A DNA stretch of 64,000 bases, from the NCBI RefSeq assembly GCF_018977255.1, contig NW_024704746.1:4154001-4218000 (forward strand), written 5' to 3'. Shown piece by piece: positions 25,526-38,458 of this stretch (position 1 is the first letter of the stretch; the number at the start of each line of letters is the position of its first letter). Below the pieces are notes generated by a model. That model was given only the letters and a program-made list of their open reading frames with translations. It did no database searches and was not told the DNA's origin. The stretch is from Callorhinchus milii. Its lineage: Eukaryota. Position numbers and translations under genes: made by a program.

Positions 25526-27959
25526 CCTCCTGGCGTCAGCCCGTCAGAGCCAGTACCTGGGCAACATCACAGCTTCAGTATAGTGTGAGTAATCTTTATA
25601 TCACTCTCCCTCACTCCCACGTCCTCACTTGTTCACTCACTCACTCACATTCTCACTCTCACACTCATATCCTCGGTCATTTGCTCTCACACATTTTCTC
25701 ACCCTCACATCCACACCCGCGCTCTCCCATTCTTACTCACTCAACTATATCCTCACTCACTCTTTCTCTCATATTCTCACTCGCACTCTCACTCACATTC
25801 TTGCTCGCTCGCTCACTCACTCACTCACTCACCTCCCCCCTCACCTCAGTGAGCAGAAAGTAACTCAGCCCAGAGCAGCCAAAATCAGACACGACCTTTC
25901 ATTTAAAAACTGACAGGACTCGTCCAGTGTGATCGTCACTCTCCTGTTTGTGGGGGGGGGGGGGGGGTGGTGGGGAAGCGGTGGGGTGGAAAGTGGTGGG
26001 GGATTTGGGGCGGTGTTGGCTCAAGCCTGTCAATGTTATCGCAGAATCACATCCATCCTCTGAGATGTGGTCCGTGCTGGACAAACAGCTCTCCAGACAG
26101 CGCTCTCAATGGCAAACAGTGCACTTTTAGTTGGCTAAACTCCAGCAGTTTCCCCCCCCCCTGCAAATAACATTGGGGACACCTCAAAGCTTGGCTCTCG
26201 CCAACCTGCGCCTAATGCTCTCCAGGATTCGGTGAGCAAGGGGCATCCCTCCAGGGCGGGAGACAGAGAGAGAGAGAATGCAATCTATTTCAGACAAATG
26301 TGAACCGTGCATACAGTACGAGGAACTCTCAGCCTGGTTTGGAGACTGTAAGCACGGTGATGGGTTTCCGCGTGTGTCAGTCAGCCACCAAAAACAAAAG
26401 GCAATCAAAATAAATACATGTCACGCGAACCCCGGTTACGATGCACATATGTATGTCGCATGCACACATTGTTCACACATGTTACATACATGCATATTGC
26501 GCACACATGTTGCCCGCTCACAGATATGTCACTCACGAAATGTTGCGGGCGCACACACACACACATACCTGGGCTGAAGAGAGCAGCAGACAGTCAGTGA
26601 AAGGCACTCCATCAACTTCTGTCTCTATCTGTCTGTGTGTGTGTGTGTGTGTATCTTTCCCTCTGTGTCTGTTTCTTTGTCTCTGTTCGTGTCTCTGTGT
26701 CTGTCTCTCTGTCTGTGCCTCTCTGTCTGTCTCTCTGTGTCTGTACAGCGAGGTTGGACCAGTCGCCGCCGCCGCCGCCACCGTCGGGACACAACGCTTC
26801 TGATGCAAAACACTGTAGTAAGTTTTTGATTCACAAAAGTTTTTTAGGGGCGGCGCCACCCAGGCTGTGAGGGGCGGGGCTCCGGGCGGCGCTGAGCGAC
26901 AGGCGGCTCCACCAACCGGGGCCCCAGGGGGCGGGGTCTCTGACCAGCTGGACCACGGTGATGGGCGTGTCCCTGGTGATGGGCGTGTCCCCGATGATGG
27001 GCATGTTCCCAGGGATGGGCAGGTCTCTGGGGATGGACCAGAAGGTGGTGGGCTGAAGCCCCATATTGGGGACTTGGGAGGTCACAGTCCAGGTTGCATC
27101 CAGATGTCTCCTGAGTCCAGCAAGATACAAATCCAACCCTCTCCATTCCTCTTTTCCCCTCAGCCACACATCCCCTGATTTTAATCTACCTGGGAACACT
27201 AGGGATAGCCTCAGCGGCCTTCGGTCACCTAAAGTCTCCCTTAAACGATTGAAGAATCGCGCTTTCAGTCACCTCCCCCTGCCCCACCCTCCCCACACCT
27301 TCCTCAGCTCCCCTCCCAGCCACACCAGCCAGTTGTGTGAAGATCTCTGTGACACCCTCCCATAGCGAAAGGTGTTATATTAACAAGACTTCCTCACCCT
27401 ACCCTCTGGCTGGTGGACATTGTCAATCTGTGCCTCTCCTCTTCAGACCAGTCCTCAATAAATGTACTGTGCATCTTTCCAAACTTCCCGACTACAGACC
27501 GTCTCCAACCTACCATTCCTATCCAAAGTCCTTGGAATACGTTGTTGCCACACAACCTTCACTCCCACACTCTCTGTCTCTTTGAACTCTCTGCTGCTTC
27601 TAACACTATTGACCATTCCATCCTCCTCGATGTCCTCTTCCAGCACTATCCCACCTCCTCTGCACCACCATTTGATTCCCCAAACCTCTGGAACTCCCTC
27701 CATCTCGCCCCCTCCCTATCTGTCTTCAATAAATCCTATAATCAAATTGACCTCCTCGAACACGTCTTCCCTCCTCAGGGTCCGACCCCGTCCCTGGAAT
27801 GCGTTCCCAACACGGGGTGGGGGTGCCGTATAAGTGAAAATTGTTGTTAAATATGAATATATACAGTCAATTCACTTGACAGTGTGTTATGTGAAGCGCT
27901 TTGGGACGTCCTCCCGACGTGAAAAGCGGTATATCAAATGCGAGGATTATTATTATTAT

Positions 27960-28085
27960 TATGGCGGAAGCTGCCAGGATCAAACATGGCGGCGCCCACA
28001 GGGCACACTGCCAGGATCCAAGGCGGCGACAACCATGTGGTCGGAAGTGTCGGGTCGGAAGTGAGGGTGAGCGGGAAGCCCGAAC
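27960..28085 (+). promoter_or_regulatory. CpG-rich NDC1 promoter with YY1- and ETS-like motifs
   Basis: aacatggcggc (27983-27993) and two cggaagtg motifs (28042, 28056); CpG-rich through exon 2. Confidence 0.55.
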
Positions 28086-31000
28086 ATGGAGTCGGCACCG
28101 GGAGGACGGCTGGTCAGCAAGGTCCGGGCCTGGGGGAGCGGGGGGGAGACCGAGCCCGGGGGAGGGGAGGGGAGGGGGGGGGGGAGAGAGAGACCGAGGC
28201 CCCCGGGCCTAGGGTTAGGCCCCGCGGTGAGGCCTCGGGTGCGGGTGACCAGGTGCTGCTGAGCGGCTGAAGCTCTCCCACTGACGCCCTCTCGTCCCTG
28301 TCCGCAGGTGCTGAGCTGGAGGGCAGCGGCTGCCATCGCCTGGTCTGTGCTGCTGCTGCCTCTCTCCACCTTCTCCTTCATCTTCCTGAGCCGCATCAGC
28401 CTCCTGCACCCCGTCCAGTGGGCAACAGGTAATCATAGTGATCATCATACAATAATAATAATAATAATAATCCTTTGAGACGTCTCAAAGCGCTTCGCAG
28501 AATAGACCGCAAAGCGTAGTGACTGTATGGTTTGCGGGCGAAATGCGGCAGCCGATTACATACAGCGGTGTCCCACAAACAGCCGTAGATTGAAGGACCG
28601 ACCACATTTTTAGAGGGATTATTGATTACCCCCCCGGAGAAGTGATCCGCCAATCAACTGACGACTGGGTCCTGTTTACTGCCGGGGTAAACAGCGCCAT
28701 GTGGAGTAAGGGAACTTGCCTAAGGTTTCGCGCTGCCCGGGAATCGAACCCGTGTCTTCTCGCTTGCGGAGCGAGTGCTCCAACCGCTAAGATACAGGAC
28801 TTCACGAAGGGGTAATCATACTTGTATTTGATATGGCGCCGTATAATGTCGAGGTGTCTCAAAACGCTTCACAAAGTAACAGGTGATTGACTTACTTAAT
28901 ACAGACGTGCATGTTTAATATAACACAGCGCCGAAAACCGAAACGTCTCTGAGCGCCTCCCGGCGAATTGCTGGCGGGTTAGTGATCGTATCTGTAGACA
29001 AATGCAGCTGTCAGTTTGTGCACACAAAATATGGCACGAGCGAGGGGTTTAATCTGTGGGATTGTCGGTCAGCACACAACAAGAGAAAAACTTGCTTGTT
29101 CTTTTGTGGAATCTTTTTAACATCTGTCTGAAAAGGCACAGAGGGGACCATGCGAGAGAGCGAGAGACTGAGCCAGGCTGACGTCTGATGGTGATGCGAT
29201 GCTAGGATTAATGTGCTCCTGGCTGTGGTTTCCCCCTTACAGACTCGCTGCAAGAAATGTACAATTCGTACACTGCCTTCTCCCTGCTGGTGCTGGCTGG
29301 CATCGTGGTGACCATCGGCACTTTCAACACCGAGTTTTACACTGGTAACGTTACCGTCAGCGCTCAGGGTTCATCCTGGTCCGGTCAGACCTTCATGGTG
29401 ATTGTGTGTGTGTCTGTGTGAAGGGTGGGGAAGTTGTGAGAGGGATTGTGTGTATGTATGTATGCAATGGGATTCCCCCCCCCCCCCCCACCCCGGGTCA
29501 TGCTGTAATGCTGTCTCTCTCTGTCTCTGCAGTTGAGCCTTCCATCCCGTGCAGTCGGATTGCGCTGCTGGGGAGCGTGTTCCACCCACAGCGGTTACTA
29601 CATTCGGTGGTGCACGCGGCGCTGGGTGTGCTGACTGCGTGGTGCACCACTGTGCTCGTCGGTGGCCGCTACCACCTCATGAGTGCCCCTTCCTCACAGG
29701 ACAGGTGAGGCTAGCACCGTCCCGGCCATGGGGGGAGCCTGACACCCTGGCTGGAGTACAAGCGGTGTGTGTGTGTAATGTGCGCACATGTGTGTGTATA
29801 CATGGTGCTTCTATGTGTGTGTATACACGGTGTGTGTATGTCTGTGATTGTGTGTGTGGATGCGATGTGCTTGTGTATGTGGTTTGCCTCGAGATGTGGG
29901 GGGTGTATGCAGTGTGCCTGTGTGTGTATACACGTGTATATGTGTGTGGTGTGTGTACATAGTGTGTGTGTGGTGTGAGTAAGCGGTGTGCTGATACGTG
30001 CACTGTGGTGGTCGTTCTGTTCCAGTGTTGGAGTGGAGGGCCTGTACTTGAACGAGTTTCACGTTTTCCTGCTGGTGGGGGGTGCGTTCTTCGGCTACAG
30101 TTACAGTCTCCGATACTTCATCAACAACATGAATTACTTGTCATTCCCAGCAATCCAGGTAAGGGTTTGGGGGGAAGCAGTCAGGATTTGTTACCTCCTC
30201 ATAGAGACCCAGTGATCCTACCCATGTGGCTGTATACTCGCTGTCTTGTCACAGTTGGCGTGTCCTGAAGTGAAGGATGTTATACAAATATAATCTATTG
30301 TTGTTGTTGAGTCCTATAGCTCAGTGGTTAGAGCACTTGTCTCACAAGTGAGAGGACCTGGGTTCGATTCCCTGGCAGGGCGAAACATTGTGCAAGTTTC
30401 CTCACTCCACACGCCTCTGTTTACCTAGCAGTAAGTAGAAACCCGGTTATTAGTCGATTGGCAGATCGCTTTTCTGGAGGTAATCCTTCAAAAAAAAAAA
30501 AATTTGGTCACTCAACCCACAACAACAACAAGATTCCATTTATAGAGCGCCTTTCACGTCGGGAGGATGTCCCAAGGCGCTGTACAGTTGGGTCAGGACC
30601 CGAGCAGTGGGGAAATGGTTAGGGTGAGGGGAAGGAAGGGAGGGAGCGAGGAGGGGGTAGAGAGTCGAGAGGGGAGCTGAAGGCACGGTCGAAGAGAAAG
30701 GTCTTGAGACCGGCCTTGAAGGAGGAAAGGGAGGAGGCGGCGAAGGCACTGGGGGATAGAGTTCCAGAGCCTCGGGGCTGAGAGGCTGAAGGCCCGGCCA
30801 CCGATGGTAGGGCGGTTGGGGCGGGGGATGTGGAGCAGACCGGAGCCAGAGGAACGGAGGGTAGGGGGATAGTAGGTCAGAGAGGTAGGAGGGAGCGAGG
30901 ATGTGAATGGCCTTGTAGGTGAGGATGAGGATCTTGATTTCGAATCGGTTGTTTGTGGGACACTGTTGTGCGCAATTGGCTGCTGCGTTTCGCCCACAAA

Positions 31001-34000
31001 ATAAACAGTCAATTCTCTTTACAGTATCTCCTGTGGAGCGCTTTGAGACGTCTCAAAGACATGATAAGGCGCTATATCAGACGCAAGGATTATTATTATT
31101 AATCAGCAGCCACCTGCTTGAGCTCTGGGCTACAGGCTGGTGTCTTCAGAGGTGATTATTATCAAAACCCGTCTCATTCAGCCCATGTTCTGTTTTTCCA
31201 GCAATTCAAGTACCTGCGTTTCAAGGCCAGCCTGTGGCTCGTGGTGAAGTACAGCGCTGTGCAGTCCTTCTACTTCCTTCGCAACTACTGCCTCCTTTAC
31301 TACTTTCTAGGTAACTTGTCACAATCCCAAACCTCTCCTTACCTCAAGGGCGTGACTGCCGTTCAGGCCACTGCAGACTAACACTGACCGAGGCCCCTTC
31401 ACAGCGGCTTAACCTCGCCCGTCTGGGGAAGCTTGTCGGTTTAGAGTTGAGAGAGAGAGAGAGCGCACTGGACACTGTGCAGAGAGATACATACAGTGCA
31501 GGGAGACTGACAGGTGTGTGTGTGTGTGATTCTCACTGTAGAGATTGTAGAAATGGGATTAGAGGACTTCGGAAGGAATATCGTGCGGATTGTGTGTGGT
31601 GGGGAGATGAGGGAGGGTATGTGTGGATTATTGAACATACTGATTCAGACTGCCTGTTTCCCTCAGTCTAACATGGCGGTGGTGGGGGGGGTGTGGTGGG
31701 GCTGGTTCAGTGCTAAACACTGACTGCCTGTGTTCTATTCTGCAGGTTACGTTCCTCGAGCCTGGATAAGCGCCTCAATGTCTCTCCAGAAAGACAGGTG
31801 AGTCAGAGCCGCTGCCCTGGTGTCTGACACCGTGTCTGCGGGACTCGGCCTATGGGTGTGGAGGCCCACTGTGACCTATTCCCTCACGTCTGCACAAACA
31901 TCCCAATTCCCCCCACCTCCCCCCCCATGCCTCGGTCCCCAAATCCCCTGCCCCAATCCCCCTCGCCCCCCCCCCCCCCAAATCCCCTCTACTCTCCAAA
32001 TCCCCCCACACCTCAAATTCTCCTGAACCACTGCTTGGCGGGACTCAGACCAGGAAGTGTTGGGATTGGGGTACGGTGGGGATCTAGCTGGTTCTGGGAT
32101 CGACATGTGGTGGTTTGGGGGGGCTGGAGGTGGGGAGAGGGGTATGTTGTGGCGGGGATTGATGGGGGGACCTTGAGCTGAATGCCGCTGCCATGGGCAG
32201 GTGGCCTGTGTCACTGTTTCAGTGTCTCCCCGCAGTTCGGTACCAGCGCTTGACACACTGAGTGGCCTCTTGGACCCTCCTCTCCTGTACGTGGCCTGGC
32301 TGAGCGGCACCTTCCTCCTCCTCACCTGGTACCTCACCTGGCTGCTCTTCAAGATCTTCATCACTGAGGTCAGACCCCAGGGGTGTGGGTGGGAGCAGGA
32401 GGCTGGGGGAGAGCTGCTGGAGAGGGGGATGCAATGAGAAAGTTAAACCTAGATCTATTCTCCCAGAAAAGCTGAGGCAAGCGGAGCAGAAAGTGAAGGG
32501 TGAGGGTGGCTGGGTTCAGGCCGGACACCAGGAAGTATTTCTGAGGGAACTGATGCCTTTGACGGGGTTCCCAGGGTCGGTGGTTGTGGCTGGACTCTGG
32601 AGTGTGTTGAAGCTGGTGGAGTGGATATTGTGGAGGGGGTGAGCGGCTGTGGCTGAGCCCCTCTGACCTCACTGCTCCCTGCAGGTTTACCAGTTCCCGG
32701 TACAGTTGCCTTTCGGTGAGGACGCCGATCGATGTCTTCCTCGAGTCCTGACGTCCAAAGTGTCACCACTTGTGAAGGTGAGTGACCAAGGGTCAGCTTT
32801 CATCCCAGGCACGTGTGTATGTGTGTGGGCAGCGTGGAGTGTATATGTGGGCGCCGCATGTGAGGCATGTGTGTGTGTGGGCATCGTGGGGGTATGTAAC
32901 GCTTTCTCTTCTCTCCAGTGTCTGGCTCTGCAGGACCTGGCATTACTGTCCCAGTATTCCCCGTGCCGGAGGCAGGAGGTCTTCAGCCTGAGCCAGCCAG
33001 GTACACACAGGGGGCAGGGGGGATGGACTTGGGAGGAGCTTGGCAAGGGAGGGGATTATAGGGTTGTGTGTGCGTGTGTGGGGTGGAGGTTGGTACAGAG
33101 TGTGTGTTTGTGCTGAAGGCTTTGCCAGGCAATGGGGAGCTGCTATGACTGATCCCTGCCTCTCTGGTGCCCGCAGGAGGACACCCTCACCACTGGACGG
33201 CCATCTCTAGCGAGTGCCTGGCGCTGCTCCGGGACCTGACACACACACTAACGGCCTATCAGGAGGTGGCGGCCGGCAATGGCAGAGTGAAGGCTGTACC
33301 ACTCACCGCAGAGAAACGGGCCCTGGGCAGCAGCGCAGGTCAGATTCTGCCCCCCCCCCCCTCCTTCCCCCCACGCGGTAACCTATTCCCAGTACAGGCA
33401 GCACTGCCCACACCTGGCCATGTTACACCCAGATATTGTTTACAGTCATTACATACTGTGAGAAGCGACAGGCAGATTGAGGTACCGTTTGTCTCAGCGG
33501 TCAGACAGGCCTAACCCTGACCTGGGAGTGTGGACGGACAGTGTAGAAGGAGCTTTACTGTGTCTCCCACCCTGACCTGGGAGTGTGGACGGACAGTCAC
33601 TCTGTGCTGCCACTGATCTGGGAGTGTGCAGCTCATGTCCTCTCCCGCACCAGGCTCCTGAGCCTATCACCCCCATCTTGCCTGGTTTCACTTGCTCCCC
33701 ATCCCCCAGAGGATTGAGTTCAACATCTTCTTCCTCCATTTTAATTCCCTCCACAACCTTGCCCTTCCTGTCTGTGATGTTTTGCAACCCTGCCGAAATA
33801 CATTTTACAGTATATTCTGTGAAGCGCTTTAAGACGTCTCAATGATGTACTAAATCCCTTTTTCAAATTCAAGGATTATTATTTAGTATAACCCACACTC
33901 CCTCCACTCAGCAGTCATCGGCCTGCTTCACGTCCCCCACCATTAACAGTCAGGCCCTCAGCCTTCTTGTCCTCATACTCATACTGTCCCTATGTCTTGC

Positions 34001-37000
34001 CCCTTTCCTCACCTTGTTCAAGTTCCATCTCAAGACCTCTTTGTCTTTCCCCCACAACCCCCCACCACTCTTGGAACTCACCCCTCCTGCATCTAACCTC
34101 CAGCTTGGGAGGGAAGTCCAGACTGCCTTGAGATGTCCTCCCGACATGAGCACTATGTGAGTGGAGTTTGTTGTTGGACAGTGAGATCACGTATTGTTTG
34201 TGTCACAGAGGCCTTGGGCTACAATGAGGCAGCCAGTTACCAGCCTGCGCTCCGCACCTCCCACCTTTCTCACACGCCCCGCAGCTCGCCGCTGTTCAAG
34301 TCCTCCAACTCCTCAGTGCGGAGCCTGCTCAGCTTCCCCTTCACCCCCGACTTGAGCAGCCCCTTCGTCTCGCCTATGGCCCCCCAGCAGGGCGAGGCCC
34401 TGGACATGGCCTCCCCATGCTACGGGTCGTTGCAGAGCCCCCACGTCATGAGGAGGGGGCCCAAACTCTGGACATCAGCTTCTCGAGCCTCTGGTAAGTG
34501 GTCTGTATGTGTGTGTGTGGGTGGGGGGAGGGCTCAGAACACCAAACTAACGTTAGTGACTGTGTAGACAACAGTAAGATCCCACATACTCCTCTGAAGT
34601 GAGCAAATTTCTCTGGGATTGTCAGTCAGTTTCCCCCGGTGACACACACTCCCTGCTCTAGCTCCCCCACTGTAACATGGCCTGAAGGACATTGTTGCGC
34701 TAGGGTTACAAAGGGCAATATCATCAGAGGGTGATCAGCGACTGGTGTAGGCTGCCAGGGAGGAGATGGCTGGAAGCTGTGATGGTGGGGGTTGTGGAGG
34801 CTGACGAAGGGATGAGATCAAATGGGCCAATGGGTTCTAACATAGAAACAGGAGTAGGCCATTGAGCCCCTCGAGCCTGTTCCGCCATGCTATAAGATCA
34901 TGGCTGATCTGCACCTCAACTCCAATTACCCGCTTTTGCCCCCTGATACACTTGATACTTGATATCCGGACCTAACAAGTATCTATCCACCTTAGGCTTG
35001 ACAATGTGAATGGATTCAGCATCCACAGTGTTTTGGAGGAGAGAGTTCCAGATTCCCACTCCCCTTTGGGTGAAAAACTGCCCCTGGATTTCACTCCTAA
35101 ATGGCCTGGCTCTAATTTTAAGATGATGCCCCCCCTTGTTCTGGTTGCCTGGCACTGGTCTGTGAACAAGTTGTTGTTGGGTGTCTGGGGGAGTGTGTCC
35201 TGTGTCCCGTTTCCCCCTCTTCCCCCCCACACCGACATAGGCTTGATGTTGTGCTGTCTCTGGCAGGGTGCATTCCCACCGCTGAGGACTATCTGGTTCC
35301 AGTCAGCTGCCCGACCCCCGAGACAGTGCGCCCCAGCGGCCTCTCCCACTGGCTACTTCACCGTCAGGAACAGGTACTGAGGCGCACGAAGCGCGCAACA
35401 CGTGAAGTGGATTAGCCAGGGCTGTGGATTGCGTGGGCAAGAGTGTGCGCGGCGAATTGTAAAGAGGGCAGAGGGTAGCGGGACTAGTTGAGAACGGTGA
35501 ACAGATCACGCTTTCCACTTTTCCCTGCGTTCCCCATCCTCGGGTTTTTCCCATGAAAGTGACTGGATTAAGAGTTGCCTGAAGGGGACTATTGACGGCA
35601 GGGAGTGGGACTGATGGACAGCAGCTCGCCCTGAGAGCTCGAGTGGTCTCCCGCCAGTGCACCCCCAGTCTGCACAATCAACCCTCCCTCCCCGTCCCCC
35701 CATCCTCTATTCACTATCCGTCAGACTCCCGCGATTCCTCACAGTCTCTGTTTGAAAATTTAAACGAAACTGGGATTCCGGATAATTATAATCTGCTCTG
35801 TGTACATCTCTTTCCCCGTTTGCGGAGTCTTGCTTGTCTGTGGCAGTCAGGCTGTAGGCAGGCGGAATCGAGGGGTTTGGGTGGGGGGAGCGACGAGGGC
35901 GGAAGATGTGTCTGAGACGAGTGTGGGGTGGGGGGGTATTGGGGGAGGGATTGGAACAAGCCCCTCTGTCTGAGGCTGTGAGGCTTGGCTGTGATCGTGA
36001 AGCCAGTACTGAGTGTGATTAACCTGGGCCGGATGGTGTTTGCTCATCAGGTGAAAGTTTTCTTGTCGCGCCGAGTGCCGGTGGTGTATTTGTTTCATAA
36101 GGTAAGAGCCAGGCCTCGTGCCAGCCCAGCCCGGCACGCTGCAGCTTCCCCTGCATGCCTGCACGTCTGCAGCTCGCTCTCTGCTCTCTTGTCTGGCCCG
36201 TCTGTCTACCATCTGCAACTCCAGTCAGGGCTCGCAAGTGGCTAATTCTGCTTCTATTAGTGGCTTGGAATAGAATCTAGAGAAAACTCATGGAGTATAT
36301 CTTCATAAACTGCTCTCCATTGTGTCTGTGCTAGTGCTCGCTCCCCGACAGGAGCTCTCTACTTCCCTGCTCTTTCCCTATAATGTTTAATATTCTACCT
36401 GGAGTATTTATCCAATTCCTGTTTAAACACTTTGTGTTGAGGTGAAACATTTCATGTTGTGTTCTTCGTGCTGTCAATCTCTCCGCTGCCCTGATTGTCC
36501 GTGCGTAAAGTAAAAACCCACTCGTTTTATTTCTCTGCAGCTTCCAGAGGCTTCAAGTCAGGCTGTGTTTGCCAACAGCCAGATACACATCTGGGCGCTG
36601 GAAGGTAACGTCTGCTTAATATCTGGGGCTATAAACTGGGGGCGGAGGTTCACACAGAGGGCAACCGCTGCTCCGCACTATTATTGATCTCAGCCAGGGG
36701 ACAGCCTGTCTCAGTGCTGGCAGATTAGGGCACGCTCTTGCTCAGTAACCATGGACTCAGCTCTGGAGTATGTGTGTGTGGGTGGGTGGGCGCGGGGAGC
36801 TTGGAGGGGACAGGCTGGGGGCTGATGGCTTCAGTGCAGGGCAGACAGTGCGCACAGAGACAGATACAGACCGGACGGAGCTCACGTTTAGCTTTTCGAA
36901 TCTTTATTGGATCCAACAAAACAAGATTAAAATCATTTCTTACAACTTCACATTAAGGGGAGGTGTTTACATTTTATCCTGGCTGATTTTATCGGGGTAT

Positions 37001-37977
37001 TTATACCCGCCCGCCCGGGTGTTTTGTGCGGTGTGTGGCTAATACTGGGTATTTATGCCCACCCACCGGCTATTTTTGCTGTGTGTCGCCATCGCTGTGT
37101 GTTTTTGTGCTGTGTGTTTGTAACACTGGGTGTTTATAGCTCCCCGTCTGGGTGTTTTGGGCTGTGTGTGGCTAATGCGGTTGCTTTCCCTGCCCACAGG
37201 CCTGTCCCACCTGACAGCAGCATCCTTCACAGAGGACAGGTATGGAGTGGTGCAGACCACACTGGCCTCCATTCTCAGTGTCCTGCTCTCCCTTCAGGAG
37301 GTGAGTCACAGATGCTGAATTGGACGGCGGCGTGTGCATGGGGCGCAAGGTGTGCTGTGTGTGTGTGCACGGGGGGGGCGGTGTCAGTGAGGTAAGCACA
37401 TGTGGGGGGAGGGGCGTGTATAGTGTGTGTGTGCAGTGGGGGTACACAGTGACGCGTGAGGCAGGGGCCCCTGGTTTTGGGCACCGGTGGTGAGCGAGGC
37501 ACTCGCGGCTGTGATAAGCCCAGTGTTGGGGTGTGGTGCCTCTCACGGGAGCATCTGTGTGCGATTGACAGGCTGTGGACAAACACTTCAAGCTGCCGCA
37601 CGCGTGCAGTCGGCCTGCGAGGGCCAGCGGGAGCCTGGCCGACTCCTCCTACAGGACGCTGCGCTTCGCCCTGCGCTCCGCCCTCAAGACTTCCATCTAC
37701 AGGATCACCAGCACCTTCGGGGAGCACCTCGGGTAAGTGACAGCACACAGACCCACCCATTGGGGTCTCTGTCCCGCTCCCAACCCGGGCTCTGCCTGCC
37801 CCGTCCCCAACCTGGGCTCTCCCTGCTGTTAAATTCCCAGGAGCTGCGTACATTGCCGATGTCCACCCTTCCCACCCCGGTGCTGTGTTGACTCTGTGCT
37901 GTGTCTCCCGCAGGGCGGTCCAGGTCTCAGGGGAGCACAGGAAGCGTCTCCAGCAGTTCCTGACCTACAAGGTGTGA
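28086..37977 (+). CDS. NDC1: Transmembrane nucleoporin NDC1 (TMEM48), 18 coding exons, intact
   Basis: Exons: 28086-28121, 28308-28428, 29243-29344, 29533-29704, 30026-30158, 31202-31310, 31746-31797, 32236-32368, 32685-32777, 32919-33000, 33177-33338, 34209-34493, 35267-35373, 36051-36101, 36541-36604, 37200-37300, 37572-37732, 37914-37977. All GT-AG and in phase. Peptides such as [68 protein letters not shown] and [12 protein letters not shown] match NDC1. Exon 1 is uncertain (alternative 27986-28066). Confidence 0.95.
28453..28802 (-). mobile_element. tRNA-derived SINE in NDC1 intron 2
   Basis: Family head, core and tail on the reverse strand. Confidence 0.8.
30309..31100 (+). mobile_element. 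SINE split by an antisense L2 3' fragment (about 30520-30945)
   Basis: SINE head 30309-30520 and core plus tail 30945-31100 flank sequence closely matching the 16683-17170 L2 end. Confidence 0.85.
34838..35150 (-). mobile_element. CR1 LINE 3' end
   Basis: [27 protein letters not shown] plus the CR1 3' UTR motif. Confidence 0.8.
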
Positions 37978-38183
37978 GCCTTCCGTGAAGTGTTCCTGTG
38001 GTTTGCTCATTCCTGATTCAGCCCCCGAGTTCCGTGGGGTTCGTGCCTTCACTACAGCCCGGTGCTGGGTCGGCAGGCAGTCAAGACAGACGGACACGTG
38101 TTCCCGTGCCGCGCTGCGCTGCTCTGTGTCACCTCTGTCCGGACGGAGCCGGTGGGAGTCAGATGTTTTATCGACTGTTTATA

Positions 38184-38189
38184 AATAAA
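38184..38189 (+). terminator. AATAAA poly(A) signal of NDC1
   Basis: About 210 nt after the stop, followed by a GT-rich tract. Confidence 0.7.
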
Positions 38190-38458
38190 GGTGCTGCTGT
38201 GTGTTTTAACAGCTCCCTCGCTGCCACATCATCATCGTTATTATTAATTTCAGCCTCGGATTTGAGTGCTTCCCCCCCCCCCCTCGGTTATCCCGTCCCA
38301 TAAACGTGGGGAGACGCACGGTGGAAGCAGATTCTTTCCAAGAGCAAACAAGATAAATTTCTGCTGGAAAATAATATCTGGGGATACAGTGGGGATACAC
38401 GACATGTCAAGTGACTGTCAGGACAGTGGTTTTCTTTCACCAGCAAATTCCTCTGCTG

